Part shown: one piece after another, positions 26,490 to 39,639 of the stretch | How the letters are laid out: each line of letters opens with the position of its first letter | Numbering within the stretch: position 1 is the stretch's first letter | Origin: Fimbriosthenelais zetlandica | Taxonomy: Eukaryota | Assembly: GCA_977030845.1 (NCBI GenBank) | Contig: OZ365116.1 | Coordinates: 18,972,001 to 19,036,000 of the forward strand | Direction of reading: 5' to 3' | Length of the DNA: 64,000 nt | Notes under the pieces: model-generated | The model's database searches: none | What the model was told of the DNA's origin: nothing | Seen by the model: only the letters and a program-made list of their open reading frames with translations | Made by a program: the position numbers and the translations under genes

Positions 26490-27612
26490 ATCATAATGAA
26501 ATATTTCAGAAACTGTTGTAGGCCTACTGAAATAAGCAAGAGAGAATGTAGCTGTTAGAGACCAATGACCAATGAGATAAGAAAGATAAGATCAAGTCCT
26601 ATATACATTGTATGCTTAAAGATAAAAGAAAAGTGCACGCCTAAAGAAATGATGGAAACCATACTGAAGTATGTATCCAAGGAAGAAAAACACATGCAAA
26701 TTGTTATCGACAAGTCATATAGGTAATAGGTGATTTACCCTTGTGTAATGAAGTTAACAGAGGTAGATGATGAACTTAATCCATGGCCTCCAGGCGTACA
26801 GATGCTATGTAGCTCTCTTGACCATTCACATCATTCCCCTTTCCCTCCAAGGGAAGCGATGATCTTATCAGTTACTGACATACATTAAACCAATATATGA
26901 TATACATGTTGGAACAGCTTATTCCAGACCCTTGACAATGGGCTTCGTCCATCTAAACTGTAATCAGATAAGGTAGACCCACTGATAAGGTGGCTAATCC
27001 TTTCATCCATCATATAGAAAACGATCACCTTTATATGATTCCCTTCAACACTTTAAATGTAACCAATACATAATGTTATGCACACGTACACCCACCCTCT
27101 GGTGTCTCCCATATATTAGGATGTCCATGATGAGTTGATTTTAAACAAATATCCTGTGGGTTGGATGTAGATCTCTTTAGTGGTTGTTATTTATTCCATG
27201 GATATCAGCTGTGATTGGCCTTCAGATACAGCATAAAGCAACCACTGCTCGCTCCATATGGTCTTATACATAGGCCTTTCTACTATTAGGGCCCAAAATA
27301 ACTATTGATGGTTAGCAATTAGCTTTGACCGGCTGTTAAATATGTTAATATGTCATGTGATTTTTGTTTGCCACCTTTCAGACGGTTAGGAACCCCTGGG
27401 CATATTGGTCAAATTTAAAATACTTTAAAATGGGATAGGAGGCTACCCGGATAAATCTCCATTTATACCACCGGAATGAGATGGCACTGGACTAATTACT
27501 GAGACCAGGATCCTCAAAGGTGAACTATGGAGATTTAGAAAGTGAACTTGAGGAACTTGAGTCGGTGTGTGTGTCAATGGTCAGTTTGTTTGTATGTATT
27601 TGATAAGTCGCT

Positions 27613-30195
27613 ATGGATCCTGCCAAAAGAGTTCTCGTTCCTCTCCATAACACTACCACTAGAGAATCAATTGGCCTCTCACCGGATGCTATTGGAATGC
27701 CCAACAATCTCACTCAGAATTTAATAGGAAATCTGACCAAGATCTTTACCAGTTTGTCTGACTCAACTTTACTGAACGCAGCAACGACCAAGTCCGAGAC
27801 TATCCAAGATTGGACAATACCCCCAACCCAAGCTAAGACTTCCGAGCCACTTCACGTGTTTTCATTGGACTTTATTGATAGTGATGAATTTCAACAGAGA
27901 ATGGCTGATATTCTAGCTGGTAGAGATCCTCGTACTACAACCACAACCACTGAGAAAACCACACTAACGCCTGCCCCAGACGATGACACTTTCTTCAACG
28001 CCAACTTAGGGATATTAATTCCTGTAATTGCATTTGCTGTGTTCATCTTTGCTGTTGCGTCTTGTGTTGTGTGGCAGGCTGTGCATGACAGGATTAGACC
28101 AAAAGAGAACAAACATCCAACTATTTCAACTTTCTATCGCAACAATGCAGGCTGGGATAATTCAAGAGCATCCACAAGATCAACCATGCCTCTCCAAAAA
28201 CCCTCCCAGCCCATCCACCTTACTACCCCGAGAGAGTTTATCCCACACCTTGACCGTATCAGTGAAAGTCCTGAAGACCGCCTCAAAGTCAACCCCTACC
28301 TCCACAGTAAGAATGACCTTTTCAGTCCAGATTCATCTCTTGGTTCTATGCTTTCACGATTAGAACATGAACTGTCTAATGCTGTCAGGGGTGCCACCTT
28401 TGCTGGATACACCTATCCCCCTCCCAGTTACATGTCGGAGGTATCTCAGAGTTACCCTAATCTACCAATTCCAGCCCAGGCCCCATTTTCACCCTACCAT
28501 TTGACCTGGGCAACTCCAGTGACCAACAGACCCATGAGCTCTGAACCCAATGGTCTAAATGCAGCTGGGATGAATAGGTTGCTGAGTAGACTTGGATCGC
28601 AGACAGGCCATTCTATGCTGAGTGATTCAAGTCTGATGACAGGAAGTGTTCCACCTCTCCAACAGACTACATGGAAGTCCCCTTACCACCCAAACTTCAA
28701 TACACCAACCAATGGCTCAGAGCCTGACTCGGCCCCTTTGCCTCCGAATGCCATCTTAAACCATGTTAATTCAACCCTTTCTATCCCCCGAGACTTGAAT
28801 TCAGATGAGAAAGGTGATTCATCCAAAAGCACCAGCTCTTCTGACTTAGCCCAAACAGACAATAGGGTCACCTTCTATATACCTGGGAGGGGCACTATCT
28901 CCACTGATGGAAGGCGACCATCTCTGTCAGATGAAAGGATCATCACACCAAGAACTTCTGACTTCCTCAGGAGTGCAGCATCCACCACTGTACCTTGGCA
29001 GTACAATCAGCTATATGTCAGACCAATGTACTCAATGCTGGAGCCAAACTCTATGGAGATGGGACTGCCTCAAAACCTGTCCACTTCAGCCATGATGGGC
29101 AGCAGTAATGCCTCAATGATCCACCAATGTGATCCAATGAATGGCAGTGGTCCTCCTCCGGAAGCGGTTGATTTTGCTCCAAGTTTGCCAAGGTACAGTA
29201 ATTCATATGCTTTAAATGACCCAGCGTTGTTCCTGAGTTATGACAGGCCCCCGGGAGCATATCCCCATCCTGCCCCGCCTTATGAAGGATACCATACTCC
29301 ATTATCCACCCTCATGCCCCATGGTGAACCATACACTCAGGCTCCTGCTGTTCACTACAATAGTAACAATACCTCAACCTGTGGACAAATGGATAGCTTG
29401 GAGAGCAGCATTACTGGCTCCACAGTGACCCTGAGTAGGAATACCTCAGGCTATACTGCTGGACCAAGCCACAGTACATCCATCAATGGTCTTCCTTCAA
29501 ACCACAGTAACTGCACAGTTCCTCCATCTCACAGCTGCAGCATGAACTCCAGCAAGATTGCCAGTATGTCTTCCATCCTACCCTCCAGAGGCCATGCTCA
29601 AGCCAGGAAAAGTCCTATGCACCAGGCTGATGGGAACCAGAGCCGTACCAGCAGCAACACCAGCAAACTGAGAAACGATGATACCCCCAGGTCTAATGTA
29701 TCCAATGTCACAAACGTTCCCAACACCTCCAAGTCTGACCCAGCTGCGTCCTCAATGTTGTCTGATGCTGCTAATAATCATTCACATATTACAACATCTT
29801 CACATCAGGCTACAACCTCATCATCTGTCCAGGATAACTCCCAGCGTACAGCCCCTCCTGAGTCCCTCAGCAGTCTCCAGTGGGACAGTTTATCATACCG
29901 ATCATCAGGCAATGAAACCGTCAGTAAGTCCCACTCATTGGCTGGAAATAGTTACTCCAGTAGTGGAAGGATGTCTCCAGTTAACAGAGCCACTGTGGTA
30001 GCTGCAGCACAGCTGAATGCGGCGAGCAGGAGGAATGCGAGTATGACCTGGGATGGTTATCCATTCTACATACCTGAAGGTCATCCAGCTCGACATTCTG
30101 TCATCATTCCTGGTAATACTGGACCTCTCCCAAACAGGTCCAAAGAGTTCAGACTCAGTCAGCCTGTGCTATCAGAGTCCCTCCACTGGGTCTAA
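27613..30195 (+). CDS. Uncharacterised 860-aa single-pass membrane protein with a long S/T/P-rich cytoplasmic tail
   Basis: Uninterrupted 2583-nt ORF, far too long to be chance. One hydrophobic segment at about aa 132-154 (LGILIPVIAFAVFIFAVASCVVW). N-terminal Thr-rich region with NxT sequons. A possible acceptor at 27607 means an upstream exon could exist. Confidence 0.85.
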   Translation: MDPAKRVLVPLHNTTTRESIGLSPDAIGMPNNLTQNLIGNLTKIFTSLSDSTLLNAATTKSETIQDWTIPPTQAKTSEPLHVFSLDFIDSDEFQQRMADILAGRDPRTTTTTTEKTTLTPAPDDDTFFNANLGILIPVIAFAVFIFAVASCVVWQAVHDRIRPKENKHPTISTFYRNNAGWDNSRASTRSTMPLQKPSQPIHLTTPREFIPHLDRISESPEDRLKVNPYLHSKNDLFSPDSSLGSMLSRLEHELSNAVRGATFAGYTYPPPSYMSEVSQSYPNLPIPAQAPFSPYHLTWATPVTNRPMSSEPNGLNAAGMNRLLSRLGSQTGHSMLSDSSLMTGSVPPLQQTTWKSPYHPNFNTPTNGSEPDSAPLPPNAILNHVNSTLSIPRDLNSDEKGDSSKSTSSSDLAQTDNRVTFYIPGRGTISTDGRRPSLSDERIITPRTSDFLRSAASTTVPWQYNQLYVRPMYSMLEPNSMEMGLPQNLSTSAMMGSSNASMIHQCDPMNGSGPPPEAVDFAPSLPRYSNSYALNDPALFLSYDRPPGAYPHPAPPYEGYHTPLSTLMPHGEPYTQAPAVHYNSNNTSTCGQMDSLESSITGSTVTLSRNTSGYTAGPSHSTSINGLPSNHSNCTVPPSHSCSMNSSKIASMSSILPSRGHAQARKSPMHQADGNQSRTSSNTSKLRNDDTPRSNVSNVTNVPNTSKSDPAASSMLSDAANNHSHITTSSHQATTSSSVQDNSQRTAPPESLSSLQWDSLSYRSSGNETVSKSHSLAGNSYSSSGRMSPVNRATVVAAAQLNAASRRNASMTWDGYPFYIPEGHPARHSVIIPGNTGPLPNRSKEFRLSQPVLSESLHWV

Positions 30196-30690
30196 GGTAA
30201 ATTTTCAACTAATATAATCCATCCCTCGCTGAAAAAAATATCTTATATGATTACTTATTCTGCATTATCTCATACACAACTGAATTGCCATAAGAGCTTA
30301 AAGTTTTTAATTTGTTTAAGAATGTGTTCTTTAATTGTAGGTGTGCAATCAGGTCTTCATGCCTTCAGGGTTGCCCCGGATTTGTGGAACCAGTATGGAC
30401 ACTTATGACGACATTTTGAAGTTTAATATTATGTATCCTCCACGCTTTCATATTTCATGTAGTTTTTTTTCAATTCAAAAAGTTATTGTGGGTAAATGGT
30501 TTTTTGTTCGTTGAAATTTCAAATTCTCTCATTGAGGTGGCCGGGTATTCAGAAATTGTGTTCTTGCTTTTCTCATTTTTGTAAAGTTGAGTTTCTGCGG
30601 GATGTTAAATAAATTCAAGGTACATACAAAGAGTTTGATGTCAGCTTCCTTTATGAGTAATATCATAATCAATTGGATATTTATCATGGG

Positions 30691-30915
30691 CTTGGTCCCA
30701 ATGGCCGAGTGGTTAGAGTGCTTGGCTCTATCCACTGTGCCACTCTTACAAATGAGCGCGCACTGTACTAGATGAGTTCGAATCCCCCTTAAACCAATTC
30801 AGTTTGGTTTCACCCAACTAGCTATACAGTACTTTTAGATCAGATAAAAGAGATTGTTACCTTACATACCTAGGATGGTATATAATAGACAAGACCTGGG
30901 TGATGTAAAACGTGT
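30691..30915 (+). mobile_element. tRNA-derived SINE
   Basis: Pol III A box TGGCCGAGTGG at 30702-30712 and B box GAGTTCGAATCC at 30774-30785. The spacing is too long and no acceptor stem forms, so it is not a tRNA. The 3' boundary is approximate. Confidence 0.65.
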
Positions 30916-33900
30916 TTTATTGAGAACTAGGACCTAGTTTCACACAGATAATTAATACATACTTATAAAATATCTGTCCGTGTGATGTCTGGTGTAGCGC
31001 GGTTCTCCAGTGTTTTCATTTTTCTTTTTTTGTACAAAATGTTTGTATTTACATGTTCGTGTTTGTATGTGTTTTTCTGTCCAATGTGTGGCAGCAGCAG
31101 CAGAGAGCATGTCACAACATGAGGTTAATTATTATCATTCACGTTAATCTTATCTATCAAAGACTGAGCAAGGGGAAATAAATCTGGCACAAATTTAAAC
31201 AATTAAATAAAATACTAAGTAAACATGAATCAATCCAACAACCCGCAACAAACCTATATACCTTGATATTATGGGTCAGTAAATATAAAAACCTTTTTTC
31301 ACAAACTCCCTAAAACATTAACCAACCTTTCAAAACATGTAATTTAAATCCGGATTTAACATGAATGTTTAAGTCGAAGAGAGAAGTAACTATTCTCACA
31401 GTAAAATAAATGTCTTAAACTCTCCAAAGTTGATCGAAGATTTTGTTGGTCAGATAAATTATTTTTGGAAGTCATTCCAGTAAAGAAAACGAATTCTGCT
31501 CTACACTCTGAGTTTAACAGAAACCATGGACCTTTTCTGAAGCAACTGTGATAAGAAGCAGTCATAGTGGTACGTCCAAGTTTTTCAGAGAATTTATCCT
31601 ACTACATGTATATCAACGAGCTCAATTCTATACGAGAACTTCGAACACTGTATACTTCACACTGTGACATCAGTTGATTCCTTTTTCATCTCAGGGAAAA
31701 TTTAAATACAATTCGTACTGAACCTTCCTAGATCAGACCAAATCACCAGATTTTGTTTTACTTTTATCAAAGTTCGAAAACTCAAATGATCGATAGAGCA
31801 ATGAATCTTGACAATTTCATAATGAAATCAACTTTTATAATCACCTGAGATCTAAAGTTCTAATGAAATGATAAAAAAGCACCATCAATTACCCAGTTTG
31901 ATTACATTTCTGACACTGTAAGCTTCGATATCCAATTTCGAATGGGCAAAAATACCAATTAAGTGGACAAAACCAGCCTTTCTAATTACTATTGAGGTAC
32001 TTGAAGAGAACAGTAACTCTTCCTGGGAAACATGTAAAGAGACCAGATATATTCGAGGTAATCGATAATTTTACTCAAACGTAAATTTAAAGCCCAAAAG
32101 CCAACCATCAAACTTCGAAAATCTACTAAAATGAGATCAATAAAAAATCTTAATTCATACGGTGAAAGCCACAGATAACATCTTCCATCTTGACACCCAT
32201 GTGTTAAGGCTAACTCCACGTTTTCTCTCAATGGCATTTAATAAATGATCTGGTGATTCAAGTCTGAGAATACCAACATTCTTAAATTTGTTTAACTTGT
32301 ACCAAGACTTGCACTATATCTCCCTACACACAGTGCAATGGTTGCTTCACTCTGAAATCACAGACAGTAATACATGTATCAGAGCTTGCATAAAGTGTAC
32401 CTGCAAGTTTAGATTATAATAGTTATATGTATAGTCTATTGCGGACCAGTATCACAATCTTGCCCCTCGGTACCTTATGCAAAATAATAATACAGCCAAA
32501 TAGAGGTGTCGAACCACAAGGAACATCACACAAAGACTTGACTCAATAGATTTCTAAAGCAGAAAAGGTGATTTTTCTTTCATCCAAGTCATTAAGAGAA
32601 TGGTACGATATATTATTAGGTAATTTATGGTACAAAGGATTGGAATGGAATCACCGTGTATTTCTTTAAAATTACAATAACCCTTCAATCAAGCACCACT
32701 AGGAAAAAGAATAGCTTCTATGCCCCTCTTTTAGTCTTTACACATTTAGCTGCATGCAAAAATCAGAGGGTACACTGCTTCTATACATACAAAATGAAAC
32801 TTAAGCTTGATAGGTTAAAGTCTATTTCTTTTTTATAATTAAAATAGCATCAGTGTCTGAAATTTACTTAGATGTTATAATAATTTCCAAATTTCACATT
32901 CATAGGGACTGGAAAATATTAGAAAAACTTGATTAGAAAAGGTCACTTAGAGGTAGGCATTATGTATTAATCTTCCTAGTAAGAGGTAAGGATTAGTAGC
33001 CATCTTTAAGCCTCAGAGTTCAGTGCTAGGATTGCTGTGAACTTGTGTCGTGTAGGGTTCGCTTTGCCACAATGTTGGCTTTGTGGATGTTTGACTGTGA
33101 GGTCTGTTGCAGCTGAGTTCATTGACTGGAGAACAAGAGTTCACTAGCTATTCAAATATAAAAATAAAATCTATATCCCCAATTGATTAGGCTTATATTT
33201 TGACACTGAATTGTCGGGTCATAGAGGTCCGAAAATAAGCCTTCTCCTCATAAAATAAATTAACAGTAAAGTAGCTTCTTCATGTTCTCATTTTATTTGG
33301 AATTTTTAATTTTAAAATTTAAGATTATACTTTCGACATATGACCAAGAAGAGATGGTATATTCCAGTCAGGTAGAACTCAGTGTGTTGATGTTGTAATG
33401 CAGTGAGTGCGACACTTATATCTTAATTAAACAGTTATCTAATATTCATTAACAACAACTATATAGGCTGCTGTCTCAACAGCCTGGCCCTGCAACTGAG
33501 TATCAATACGAAATAGGAAAATGGAAACCCATATCATGATTATTATCAGAGTATAATATTAAATACTTCTAACATTTTTGGAAACATCTTTTCTTTCTTT
33601 TTTTCATTTTTTTTTATATTCCCAATTCTGTACTCTGTACAGGATGGATTTCTCTATTGATACTCAGTTGCATACCATTCAATGAAGCGTCATCTATATT
33701 TGCAATTCTTATCAATTTATAAACCCCCACCAAACTGCGCTGAATCATAAAACATAGCCATCATTCTCTTTTAAATTTAGGCGGCATGGAGAGCCTAGAG
33801 AACTAAATAAATAAAACATCGTCTGGGAAAGCAGAGAAATATAGGTAAGTTTTTTGAAAATTGAATGCGGAAAACAGATTATCACTTTTACATGAAAATT

Positions 33901-35679
33901 AATGTAAAGTATGTATTGAGTTTAGAATTGCGGCTCAAAAGTACATCTATGAAGAAATATACCAAAATGATCAACTTTTGGTGAAATTCTTAAACCATAC
34001 TCTTTTTTAAAAAGATAACTGCATTCAATTTAACGTTAGTGTTTAAAATAGCTTAAAAGAATATCAACATTGTCGTTAAACAGAGTGGTTAGACCCTGGT
34101 CAGTGATAATACATGTACATCACTGACGACCAACTTAAACCATGCAGTTTTTCAGAGCGTTACTTGCTCTAAACTATTTACATACATAAATACCAAACTT
34201 TCCTCGTAAACAGCACATCGTACACATGTGAATACACATATGAAGGGCATTTGTCACTGAAATTATTTCCTTGACAGATTGAATCTTCAAAATCCATTAT
34301 CATAGCAAAGGAGGAGGTTCGGTGGATTTATCAAACAGGAAATGAGAGAAGTGGGAAGAAATAATAATCTATGACCTATTTACATGTGAATGATTTCTCT
34401 ATCGATTGTCCTAACTGCAGGACTTACATTTTGTGCTGAGGCATATATCTATCTGGAATATATTTTAAACATGATTCTATGCCACTGGATTAATTAAAAA
34501 TATTACAACCAATGCCCACTTAAACATATCAAAAAAACTGATAAAAAAGGGCTTTCTAAAATATGTCACATTCACTATCTAAGTTGGATTTTCTATCCTT
34601 AGAACGAGAATTTTCTGTAACATAATTTCGTGCGACCATTACGAAAACCTGTGATTTCAGGAGTTTCTCTTGAATTCAATATGAAAGCTTCATATTTAAA
34701 TGGCTTATTTATAAATGAAACACCGGCACAATACACTCAAAATTAATATATAGAAAATATTAGTATTTTCCAATTAAGTGAGTACAGGGTACAGATAATA
34801 CAAGAATCAAGTTTATACACTCTTGCAAATTGATTTCTTACATCTCGGTTATTGATCTCAGTTTCTAAAGTAAGTGATTTGGTTCTTTTTTTAACGGAGA
34901 ATATATTGTTTCTCCACCATACGAGAATGTCTGTATCTACTAGGAGGACCAATCTCAGTATTCAATGAACGGATACAACATTGACAGGCTTAAAGAAATG
35001 TTATTGGGAGTACAAATAAATAGCCATGAGAATACATTAGCCTTCCAATAAGTCAAACTGAACTCTCACAGCCAGGGAACCGCTGGCAAAAGGGGGTCTC
35101 CCTGGACGGGCTGAGTTTTCAGATGTAGAGTGATTCTTGAAAGACTTTTTGTATAATAAGTTGATAAGCCTGTGCATAAATCTGTATCAGTTCAAAACTG
35201 GACTGTGCCTCTTTACAATGTGCCACCCTTTGTAAAAAGCAGTTAAATTGAACCTCTTCAAACCCTCCCTTCCCCTAGGACCCACATACAAAACTCCCAT
35301 TGAGATTAAGCTGAGTGGAGGGTTATACTGACAGAAAAAGGAAAAGAATAGTCACAACAACGATTAATGACATCTGATAAACTAATAAACAACAGATAAG
35401 GGGCAGAAGATTCAGAATTCTTCATTAAATAACTGTTGCAATGATTTTCTTAACCCCACAAATAACCTAAACCTCTGGTTAATGAAGTCACAGAGAGCAA
35501 GCCTGGTGCTGGGCAAGTTTCAACGGGGCACAGGAGAGCTCTAAAGCGCAGTAACACAGTGGGCAGGATATATATATTTACAGGTTCAAAGGCGGCTGGG
35601 CCGATAAAAGAATCAAGCTTTTTTAAGTAAGAATTCCCTAGGATCATGCTCTTCAGTTTGTCGGTCAGTGACCAGGCTC

Positions 35680-38600
35680 TCAGAACTGGAAACCATCAAC
35701 AGGCGCATTTTGTTGTAGGGCGTTAAACTGGAACTGTTGTGCACTCTCATCAACTTGCGGTGCCAGCTCTTTGTCTTCTTCATCAGTTCCAAAATAGCGT
35801 TCAATGATGTCAAATGCTTTCTGGTAGATGTCGCGATTCTCATGGTTCTGTAGATACTCGATCTTGTCCAGGCCTGTAACCAAAATCATCATCATTACAA
35901 AATCAAATTTAACCCAATATCTTTTCTACTTGAATTCAGAAATTAATCTATTTTTCAGTTAGAAGATATAGAAAGGTAATACTTACCAAAACAAGCTTCA
36001 ATCATGACAGCGTAGGGATTGGTTCCTCCTTGCATTTTGGCGTCTTGTTCACCTAGACGCAGGATGTTCTCAAGTCCGTTCAGTGCCACCTGGACAATCT
36101 TACTGTCCATCACGGTGAGTAGGTCACACAGGGGAGGGATACAGCCTTGTTCAACCAGGAACCTGCCGCCCCAAACATACATCAATACACCTCATCAAAT
36201 ACTACACTTCTACCTCATCTTCATTAAACAACCAGGAACCTGCCGCCCCAAAACATACATCATCAATAAACCTCATCAAATACTACAGTTCTACCTCATC
36301 TTCATTAAACTACCTTTAGTCTAGTTTAAGATAAGGAGGCGTGTACTGACCTGATCTGTTCTGGTGATCCGCCAGACGTGGCGTTAGTGATAGCCCAAGC
36401 GGCTTCCTTCCGTGTCTTGAACTCAGCCTTACCAAGGATGTCAATCAGGACAGGGAAGATGTTAGCATTAATTACCGCCTGTAATCAAGACAAAACATAC
36501 TAAAATACACATAAAATAACGTGTTATAAAAGACACATGGCAAACCAGCAGGTTAAATGGGATAAATCATTGTGACTAGTTGCCATTATTTTTACAGACT
36601 ATTTTCTACATTTCTCCCCCTGCGTGTAGAAGTTGTAAGGGTACTTGCTCACCTGTATTTGGGCTCTGTTGCCTGCTGTGATGTTCGAGATGGTCCAGCA
36701 AGCCTCCTTACGGATGGACTCCTTGGAGCTGCCTAGCAGGTGGAGGAGGCATGGCAGCGCCGAGCAGTTGAGGATCACCTAGAGGGACACAACACACACA
36801 CACAGGCTGACCAACAGGCATCCAACACACAACAACAACGATCTCGTATATAAAGTCATCATCCAACCCAACACCGTCAGAACTCACTCTGTATACTGAT
36901 TCAATATCTCAATCATGATCACAGCAGACCTACCCACACTTTTACAATCCTAGGATGTCCAATTTTGGAAATGGGAAAGGTAATGTCGGAATAAAATCAA
37001 TTCTTTCTTTCAGACTTTAAACTTTCTTTCATAAACTTTCTCTTGAGCAGTCCGTTGACAAAGCATTCTTCAATTGGCACAATTAAAACCACAAGAACTC
37101 ATGACCCTCCAGTAAGAGTAAGGAAGGAGGGGGCGTTGGGTTAGATTGATGTACCAAACCATCAATAAACTATGACCATAAGGGAGTCATGAATGGCACT
37201 TACATGTGGGAGAAAAAGCATACATTTTCTACCAATTAAATCTTGCTTTCAAATAATCTTTCAGATGTATTCAAACACTGCTACAGATGTGTTCACATGC
37301 ACCACCATCCCTCCAGGAATATAAGGTAAACATCAATTCCCGGTTAAGCATATAAAGTATGATGGTTTCATCTTTGTCTAATAGAAACAGTACCAAAAAA
37401 ACACAAAATATAGAGTACGTTCTGAGTATCTTTTTCGAATATCTTTATTTGGAGACAGTGGTGCACCATGACTTTGTTAAACATTTTCTTTCGAATTGAA
37501 TTAGGAAAGTATCTAACCTGTGTTTGGACGTCGTCGCCCGTCACAATATTTCCAACTGCTCGAAGAGCTGCCGAGACCACACTTTGTTGAATATGCCTGG
37601 AAAAAAAGAGAAATTTCTCTCTTAGGGTTATGACATAATTATACTGAGACCAGACTGAAGACCAGAGCACGTCTAGTGAGAGTATAAGATGAGATATTAA
37701 GGATTGACTCACATTAGCAGCTCCACCAGCCTCCTACACACGCCGGAGTCTATGACAGCTTGGATTTTCTCGTTAGGACCATCAGAGAGGTAAGACAGAG
37801 CCCAGCAGGAGTCAGCCAGCACGTCATGGTCGTGGTGGAACAAGAGACGAGCAAGTACAGGCAGAGCGGGCGAGACCTTAGCGAAGTCTGGTGGCGGATT
37901 CTTCCCTCGGCACAAGTTAGATAAGCACCAGACAGCGTTCCTTGTCATTGATATTCTTGTGGATTTACTCAGAAGTCTGCAAGGGGAGTAGGAGATACAT
38001 TATATTTCATATCAAAACCATTCTGAGAATATCTCTATTGATTAATGGTTCAGTGATAATGTAGAAGTAGTCAGGATACTCACTGTAATAGGGGGACTAG
38101 GATGCTCTCATTTAAAACGTAATTTCTGCAGTGAGGACTATCGCCTGCAATATTGCCTAAAGCCCAAACAGCCTGAAAATTGGGAAAGAAAAATCAGATA
38201 ATTTATACAATCAAGTAGACCATACCAGAGATTTTTCAAAAAAGAAATCCAATCATCAAATTAAACTTGTATGCATTTATATATAGATATTATGTATCAA
38301 AAGGTATTAAAATTAAAGTACTTGAGCATGCACTCTTACCTGTTCTTGTACATCTTCAAATTCTGACCCCAGGAGCTGGATGAAGATGGGTACTGCTCCA
38401 CATTCTATCACTTTCTGCGTTTGTTGAGAAGTTCCGGACGCTATATTAGTCAAAGCCCATGCTGCTTCAAACTGGAATATTAAATACATACTTTATATTA
38501 AGTAATTCCATAGTCACAATAAACAAATGCCAGACCAGGAAGGGTTATTTCTCTAATCCTGATAAGAAAGACTTATTTGTGTTTACTTTATCTTACCTGT

Positions 38601-39483
38601 AAAGTGCTATTTCCTTCTGTCTGTAAAAATTCCACAAACCGTGGTACAATTCCTGTTTGGATCACTTCGTCTATAGGTGGATTCGGCTCTGAAAATGTTT
38701 CAAAAGAAAATGTCTAGAATATATTACGGGATATATAGTGCATATCAATAAACTGTAATAATTTTTAACAAATAATATATGGTGTAATTGTAATAAACTT
38801 AAATAAATGTTTTTCAAATAAAATGGTACATAAAATGAAGTTCTACCTCTAGAAAGTAGTTTTCTGAATTTCTGTGTGGCTGCGAGTTGCTGTTCAGGGT
38901 CGTCACTGTGTAGGGCTTGAACCATTTCCAAAGTTACACTAGCCTGGAACGATCAGAGAGAAATAAAGATCAATGCCACAATATATATGATATTATTCAT
39001 TTATCACAGGACAGTTTCGGCACAATTTATCAGCAATATTAATGTACATATTAAAATTATGTTTAATATGTTGAAGATAATATCTATGGTAATTTTAGGT
39101 GTCAAAACCTACCCCTCCACAAGAAGAAGAGATCATATTTTCTTGCAGTGGAGAGCCCATATCATCAGAGTCGGTGGGTGCGGCAGATACATTTCTCCTC
39201 TTGAAAAACTGGAATGATTAATAAGTGCATAATTATGTAATAGGAACATATCAATCTGCTTGTGTTTTCAAGGCATTAATAGAATTTTCTGGTTTATTTA
39301 TATGTTCTACTTTTGTTAGTTTATTATCTAGGTTTCCTGTAACTGTACCTGTTGTTCTCTTTTTTGTTTCCTAAGTTGGATTCCTTCTTCCTCTCGCCGC
39401 CTCCTCATCTCGTCTGAATCCATCCCTTTATTTTTATAAGATTTAAGGCGATGATTCGCCACTGGACTCGCTGTCTCAGCCAT
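35680..39483 (-). CDS. KPNA6: Importin subunit alpha, alpha-1 subfamily (KPNA1/5/6-like)
   Basis: IBB domain [38 protein letters not shown] repeats [71 protein letters not shown]-terminus [28 protein letters not shown]...GFQF. A likely non-coding first exon ends at 41231. It is a co-orthologue of KPNA1/5/6, so the symbol is nominal. Confidence 0.96.
36152..36310. repeat. 77-bp tandem duplication spanning a KPNA 3' splice site
   Basis: caaccaggaacctgccgcccca...ctacctcatcttcattaaa occurs at 36152 and 36229. The second copy has small indels. Confidence 0.9.
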
Positions 39484-39639
39484 CTGAAATGAAGAGGCAA
39501 GAAAATAAGCTTTGACTGAAAATTCATCTTTTTTATTATTATTATATTACGCCTGTAATTTCGGATAATACATTGTTCAATGATTGTTCATATTGTCAAC
39601 GGAATTATTAATCTGCTGTCAGTCTGTGTGTATAGAAGG

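Noticed and set aside
30694-30800. Possible intron-containing tRNA gene
   Set aside because: No acceptor stem or anticodon arm can be formed, so it was called a SINE.
31350-32650. Short ORFs downstream of the SINE, possibly a decayed transposon
   Set aside because: There are frequent stops in the frames I translated and no recognisable motif.
35052-35090. GC-rich hairpin (ccaggga...tccctgg) in the KPNA 3' region
   Set aside because: The stem is only 7-10 bp and does not match SECIS, histone or IRE consensus.
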